From Candidatus Segatella papionis (lineage in GTDB: Bacteria > Bacteroidota > Bacteroidia > Bacteroidales > Bacteroidaceae), in contig DBLF01000123.1 of assembly GCA_002297965.1 (NCBI GenBank), positions 16,287-80,286 of the forward strand: a stretch of DNA of 64,000 bases, written 5' to 3'. The number at the start of each line of letters is the position of its first letter. Within the stretch, counting starts at the first letter, position 1. The translations under genes were made by a program, and so were the position numbers. Shown here one piece after another: positions 59,097-64,000 of the stretch. The notes beneath the pieces were generated by a model. That model was not told the origin of the DNA and searched no databases. It saw only the letters and a program-made list of their open reading frames with translations.

Positions 59097-60365
59097 TTAT
59101 CTAATCTTCAATGTGATGATGGTCAATGCGGCGAGAATGATGGTCACGATCCAGAAGCGGATGGTAATCTTCGACTCGTGGAAGGCATTGTGTGGTTTCT
59201 TCCAGAGGTACTTGCAGTCTGGGTCGAGCTGGCTATCCTGGGTGCGGAAGTTATCGTGGATAGGGGTGCGCTTGAAGATGCGCTGCTTCACACCCTTTCG
59301 CTTGCCCAGCTTATAGTAGTACACCTGTATCATTACGCTGAGGCTCTCCACGAAGAATATACCGCAGAGGATAGGCAACATCAACTCCTTGTGGATGATG
59401 ATGGCACCCACGGCGATGATACCACCGATGGTCAGCGAACCCGTATCGCCCATGAATACTTGGGCAGGGTAGGCATTGTACCAGAGGAAACCGATGAGTG
59501 CGCCGATGAAGGCGCAGAAGAATACCACCAACTCCTCGGAGCCAGGGATATACATGATGTTGAGGTAGGCGGCAAACTGGATGTGCGACGACACGTAAGC
59601 CAGGATGCCTAGTGCCACACCTATGATGGCGGAGTTGCCGGCACACATTCCGTCCATACCATCGTTCAGGTTAGCACCGTTTGATACGGCAGTCACCACA
59701 AAGATGGTCATGATGACGAAGAGCACCCAACCTGCTGCCACCTTATACTTGCCGCAGAAGCTGGTTATCTTGCTGTAGTCCAGGTTGTGACCTTTGATGA
59801 ATGGGATGGTGGTCTTCAGCGACTTAGTGGCTTCTGTCCTGTGCTTAACCACCGTCTCCTGTCCCTGTCGCTCGATGGCGAGGTTCTCGTTCATCTTCAC
59901 GTCAGGCGAAGCCCAGAGCACCAAGCCTACGATGAGACCGATGCCTACTTGTCCCACAATCTTGTATTTACCTTTCAAACCCTCTTTGTCACGCTTGAAA
60001 ATCTTGATGAAGTCGTCCATGCCGCCCAGGAAACCGAGCCACACGGTGGTGATGATCATCAGGATGAGATAGATGTTGCGCAGACGACCGAGCAAGAGCA
60101 CTGGTACGAGGATGGCAAGGATGATGATGACACCACCCATGGATGGCACACCAATCTTCTTGACGCCGAATGGGTCGATGCTGGCATCACGCTGAGTCTC
60201 TGTGATTTGCTTGCTCTTGAGGTACTTGATGAATTTCTCACCAAACCAAGCAGAGATAATCAGTGACAATATAAGTGCGAGCAGGGCACGGAATGAGATG
60301 TAGCCCCACATGTGAGAACCTGTGATTCCCCATTGCTCCAGAAATCTAAAGAGATAGTATAACAT
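59097..60365 (-). CDS. mraY: Phospho-N-acetylmuramoyl-pentapeptide transferase
   Basis: PSMGG, NLNDGMDG, FMGDTGSL. Confidence 0.95.
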   Translation of the reverse strand: MLYYLFRFLEQWGITGSHMWGYISFRALLALILSLIISAWFGEKFIKYLKSKQITETQRDASIDPFGVKKIGVPSMGGVIIILAILVPVLLLGRLRNIYLILMIITTVWLGFLGGMDDFIKIFKRDKEGLKGKYKIVGQVGIGLIVGLVLWASPDVKMNENLAIERQGQETVVKHRTEATKSLKTTIPFIKGHNLDYSKITSFCGKYKVAAGWVLFVIMTIFVVTAVSNGANLNDGMDGMCAGNSAIIGVALGILAYVSSHIQFAAYLNIMYIPGSEELVVFFCAFIGALIGFLWYNAYPAQVFMGDTGSLTIGGIIAVGAIIIHKELMLPILCGIFFVESLSVMIQVYYYKLGKRKGVKQRIFKRTPIHDNFRTQDSQLDPDCKYLWKKPHNAFHESKITIRFWIVTIILAALTIITLKIR

Positions 60366-60402
60366 TCTTTCTTTTGCTACTTTAATTTACTATTCTTGTT
60401 TC

Positions 60403-61866
60403 TTATTTCTGAGGAATGCCAAAGATGTCGCGGAGCACTTCCTTGTCGTCGAAGTGGTGCTTTACGCCCTTCACATCCTGATAGTTCTCGTGTCCCTTGC
60501 CGGCAACGAGGATTACGTCGCCCTTCTGAGCCATCATGCAGGCTGTGCGGATGGCTTCCTTGCGGTCCACGATGCTTACCACCTTCTTCATCTGTTGGGC
60601 ATTGAGACCAGCGAGCATGTCGTTGATGATGTCTTGTGGTTCCTCGAAGCGTGGGTTGTCGCTGGTGATGATGACCTTGTCGCTCTGTTTTACAGCCTCT
60701 TGTGCCATCAGAGGGCGCTTGCCTTTGTCACGGTTTCCGCCGGCACCACATACGGTGATGACGTGTCCGCCCTTGCCGTCGAGCACTTCGTGGATGGCGT
60801 TGAGCACATTCTCCAGGGCATCAGGTGTGTGGGCGTAATCTACGATGGCTGTATATCCGTCTGGCGACTGGATTGGCTCCAATCTTCCGCTTACGCTGTG
60901 CAGGGTGCTCATCACTACGAGAATGTCTTCTGGCTGTTTGCCGAGCATGATGGCTGCGCCATATACGGCGAGCAGATTGCTCACATTGAACTTGCCGATG
61001 AACTGTACGCCTACCTCTCTGCCGTCTATCTCCAGGTACATGCCGCCGAAGTGACACTCCAGAATCTTCGCCTTGAAGTCTGCCATGGTGCGGGTAGAGT
61101 AGGTCTTGATGGTTGCCTTGGTGTTCTGAACCATAATCATGCCGTTCTTGTCGTCGGCGTTGGTGATGGCAAAGGCAGTCTTAGGCAGGCCATCGAAGAA
61201 TGCCTTCTTGGCGTTGCGATAGTTCTCGAAAGTCTTGTGGTAGTCGAGGTGGTCGCGGGTCAAGTTAGTGAAGATGCCGCCTGTGAAGTTCAATCCGCCG
61301 ATGCGCTTCTGAGCGATGGCGTGCGAAGAACACTCCATGAAGGCATATTCACAACCAGCCTCCACCATCTTGCCCAAAAGCTCGTTCAGCTCGATAGGGT
61401 CTGGTGTGGTGTGGTCGGCAGGGATAGCCTCGTCCTCGATGTAGTTGCAAACGGTAGAGAGCAATCCGCACTTGTGTCCGAACTTGCGGAACATGTTATA
61501 TAATAAGGTGGCGATGGTGGTCTTGCCATTGGTGCCCGTCACGCCAACCAACTTCAATTTTCTGGATGGGTCGCCATAGAAGAGTGTGGCAACCTTGCCC
61601 ACAGCATCCTCCGTGCTCTCCACCTGGATGTAAGTTACGCCTTCAGCCTTTTCCTCAGGCATGTCCTCGCAGAGCACCGACTTGGCACCTAGCTCGATAG
61701 CCTTAGGGATAAACTTGTGTCCATCTACCTGTGTTCCCTTCATAGCAACGAATAGATGTCCATCTTTAATCTTGCGAGAGTCGATGTTTACACCCGACAC
61801 TTCAACGTTTGCATCGCCGACAATCTGAATCGGCTCGATGTTTTTGAGTAATTCTTGTAACTTCAT
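60403..61866 (-). CDS. murE: UDP-N-acetylmuramoyl-L-alanyl-D-glutamate--2,6-diaminopimelate ligase
   Basis: GTNGKTT, HTTPD, DYAHTPD, DNPR. Confidence 0.95.
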   Translation of the reverse strand: MKLQELLKNIEPIQIVGDANVEVSGVNIDSRKIKDGHLFVAMKGTQVDGHKFIPKAIELGAKSVLCEDMPEEKAEGVTYIQVESTEDAVGKVATLFYGDPSRKLKLVGVTGTNGKTTIATLLYNMFRKFGHKCGLLSTVCNYIEDEAIPADHTTPDPIELNELLGKMVEAGCEYAFMECSSHAIAQKRIGGLNFTGGIFTNLTRDHLDYHKTFENYRNAKKAFFDGLPKTAFAITNADDKNGMIMVQNTKATIKTYSTRTMADFKAKILECHFGGMYLEIDGREVGVQFIGKFNVSNLLAVYGAAIMLGKQPEDILVVMSTLHSVSGRLEPIQSPDGYTAIVDYAHTPDALENVLNAIHEVLDGKGGHVITVCGAGGNRDKGKRPLMAQEAVKQSDKVIITSDNPRFEEPQDIINDMLAGLNAQQMKKVVSIVDRKEAIRTACMMAQKGDVILVAGKGHENYQDVKGVKHHFDDKEVLRDIFGIPQK

Positions 61867-61978
61867 ATTATGTTTTTTGTTTTGTTACACCTTATTATAT
61901 ATAGAGGAATGCATTATTATATTTAGAGAAATGCATTGTGTTAAAGAAATGCATTTTGTTATGTATAAAGGAATGCAT

Positions 61979-64000
61979 TTAGTTCAATTCTATGGAACAT
62001 ACGGATCCCTTCTTGACTGGTGTCCCCGGCATGAGGCTCTGCTTGATGACTTTGCCTCTGCCGTAAATCTTGGTCTTGATGCCTCTGCTCTCCATGGCGA
62101 AGATGGCATCTCGGGCTCCCATGCCATAGATGTCTGGCACTGTTCCCTTGCCATATTGCTTCTCCCGGATGAGTCTCACGCTTCTGTTGCCCACTTTTTC
62201 TGCTTTTCCCCAGATAGGGTTGCCGTTGGCGTAGCTGCCGCTCCAGTTGGTGTTGGTTTTGATGCCCAGGTGGGTGAGCACATAGTCGGCGGCAAGCACA
62301 TTGCCGTTTTTTACGTCGGGCACGAAGATGGATGCGGAGTCCTTGGCATCCTTTACGTCGAGCTTCAGGCTTTGTGCCATGATGCCTTCGGCGATGTCGT
62401 GGAACACCTTTCCGCTCATGCTACCTCCAGATGCTGGCAAGCCTGATTTCTGGATGCAAACGATGCAACTGTATCTTGGATTGTCGGCAGGGAAGTAGCC
62501 TGCGAAGCTCACCAAGTAGTTGGTTCCACCATTTTTGTAGCCGCCCGCACCTTTCGAAACTTGTGCGGTACCCGTCTTGCCCGCTACCTTGAAGTTAGGT
62601 GAGCCTGCTTTCTTTCCGAGTCCCACGCTCACCACTTGTTCCAAGATGGTTTGCAGCTCCTTGATGCTTTTAGGCTTGGCTATTTGTGGTCGCATCACCT
62701 CTGGTGGAAATTCCATGATGGTTTCTCCATTTTTCACCACCTTGCTCACGAATCTTGGTCGCATCATCTTTCCGTTGTTGGCGATGGTGTTGTAGAAGGT
62801 GAGGGTGGAGATAGGAGGTATCTGGGTCTCGTATCCGATGCTCATCCATGGCAAGCTGGTTTTCGCCCAGTTGTCATACTGCCCGTGGCTGTTTCTGTGA
62901 GGCATACGTATTCGGGCAGGTGTCGCACCCACGAGCGGAATCTTCAGGTCGTCGTGCAATCCTGTGCGGTAGATGCCCCTCACGAATTTCTCCGGATCAT
63001 TGCGGTAGTGGTCGTCGATGATACGGCTCACACCGATGTTGGAGCTATACCACAGGGTCTGTGGCAAGGTGAGCATGCCATATCCGCCTTTGCGCCAGTT
63101 GTGGTCCTTCATGTCTCTGCCGTACATCTGCCATACGCCGCAGCCTGTCTCCACATGGTATGTGGTGTCCACCACGCCGTCGTCGAGTGCCACGAGGATG
63201 GAGGCTGGCTTGAACACCGAACCAGGCTCCAGGAGGTCGCTCACGGCATGGTTGTGAATCTCTCGATATTCGCCGTCGAAGCATTTCTCCATGTTTACGA
63301 TGGCCTTGATGTCGCCCGTAGGTACATCCATCACGATGGCTACGCCCACGTTGGCGTTGATTTCCTTCAGTTCCTCGATAAGCGAGCGCTCGGCTAGGTC
63401 TTGCATGCTCACGTCGATGGTGGTCACGATGTCTGCACCGTCGATAGGCGGTGTGTCGGTGATGTCAAGGAACTTGTTGCGTACCTTGCGGCGATGCACG
63501 ATGCCGTTGGTTCCTCTCAGGATGGAGTCATAGCTCAGCTCCAGTCCGAATCTCGCAGTATCCTTGGCGCCAAACATGGCGCCGATGGTGCGTCCTGCAA
63601 GCGAACCATAGGTGCGTGTGCGGGCATTGTATTCTTCCCAGTGGAATCCGCTCTTGTATGGTGACAGGCGGAATACTGGCAAATCTTTCACTTCCGTGAA
63701 TGTATTATAGTCGATGCGGCTGCCATACACAGCCCAGTGGCGGCTCTTCTTGCCTCTTCCCTCGATGAGGTGACGCTTGAATTCCTCTGCGCTCTTGTCG
63801 GGGAATATCTTGTGGAGTCCTTGGCAGATGGAGTCTTGCTTCACGTTCCAGAGCGAGTCGTTGCCTGCCTCGCTGAGAGCCTGGAAGTCCATGAACACCT
63901 TAAACTCAGGCAGCGAGCTTGCCATCAGTTGTCCGGCGCAGCTTAGGATGTTTCCTCGGTTTGGCTTCACGGTCACGGAGTCTCTCTTTTGTCGTTCAGC
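61979..64000 (-). CDS. ftsI: Class B penicillin-binding protein with PASTA domain (5' end outside the window)
   Basis: EPGSVFK (SxxK), YSSN (SxN), KTGT; upstream of murE. Confidence 0.88.
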   Translation of the reverse strand, partial: AERQKRDSVTVKPNRGNILSCAGQLMASSLPEFKVFMDFQALSEAGNDSLWNVKQDSICQGLHKIFPDKSAEEFKRHLIEGRGKKSRHWAVYGSRIDYNTFTEVKDLPVFRLSPYKSGFHWEEYNARTRTYGSLAGRTIGAMFGAKDTARFGLELSYDSILRGTNGIVHRRKVRNKFLDITDTPPIDGADIVTTIDVSMQDLAERSLIEELKEINANVGVAIVMDVPTGDIKAIVNMEKCFDGEYREIHNHAVSDLLEPGSVFKPASILVALDDGVVDTTYHVETGCGVWQMYGRDMKDHNWRKGGYGMLTLPQTLWYSSNIGVSRIIDDHYRNDPEKFVRGIYRTGLHDDLKIPLVGATPARIRMPHRNSHGQYDNWAKTSLPWMSIGYETQIPPISTLTFYNTIANNGKMMRPRFVSKVVKNGETIMEFPPEVMRPQIAKPKSIKELQTILEQVVSVGLGKKAGSPNFKVAGKTGTAQVSKGAGGYKNGGTNYLVSFAGYFPADNPRYSCIVCIQKSGLPASGGSMSGKVFHDIAEGIMAQSLKLDVKDAKDSASIFVPDVKNGNVLAADYVLTHLGIKTNTNWSGSYANGNPIWGKAEKVGNRSVRLIREKQYGKGTVPDIYGMGARDAIFAMESRGIKTKIYGRGKVIKQSLMPGTPVKKGSVCSIELN

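Noticed and set aside
50009..64000. dcw cluster lacking murF/ddl, and charged C-terminal extensions on FtsA and FtsZ
   Set aside because: Consistent with the usual Bacteroidales arrangement

Overview
Bacteroidota DNA, most likely Prevotella/Segatella, judged from the gene content and the TAnnTTTG promoter elements. From left to right the window holds: the end of a SusD/lipoprotein/C10-peptidase locus; an AAA-ATPase with a PD-(D/E)xK-like tail; a xylan-oligosaccharide cluster (GH67, SGNH esterase, GPH transporter, GH10, GH43); and an ABC pair. The main finding is at ~14.5-26.9 kb, where a two-component system is transcribed divergently from an operon containing four small double-glycine-leader peptide genes that the ORF track misses. 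One peptide is Trp-rich and acidic. The other three are Cys-containing paralogues with an identical leader (MEKMNLFEMQAIAGG), each followed by a stem-loop and its own GLPGLI-family gene. The operon ends with a degenerate-C39/VKOR/thioredoxin fusion, an outer-membrane beta-barrel and a C39-peptidase ABC exporter, and has no HlyD, TolC or RiPP-modifying enzyme. Beyond trmB lies a second GLPGLI + barrel + TPR + membrane-regulator cluster with no visible peptide genes. The rest is GH3, gpmI, ung, DUF3109, GH95, gyrB, rpsT, tRNA-Glu, recO and the dcw cluster. All functional calls come from reading motifs by eye; no database searches were run.
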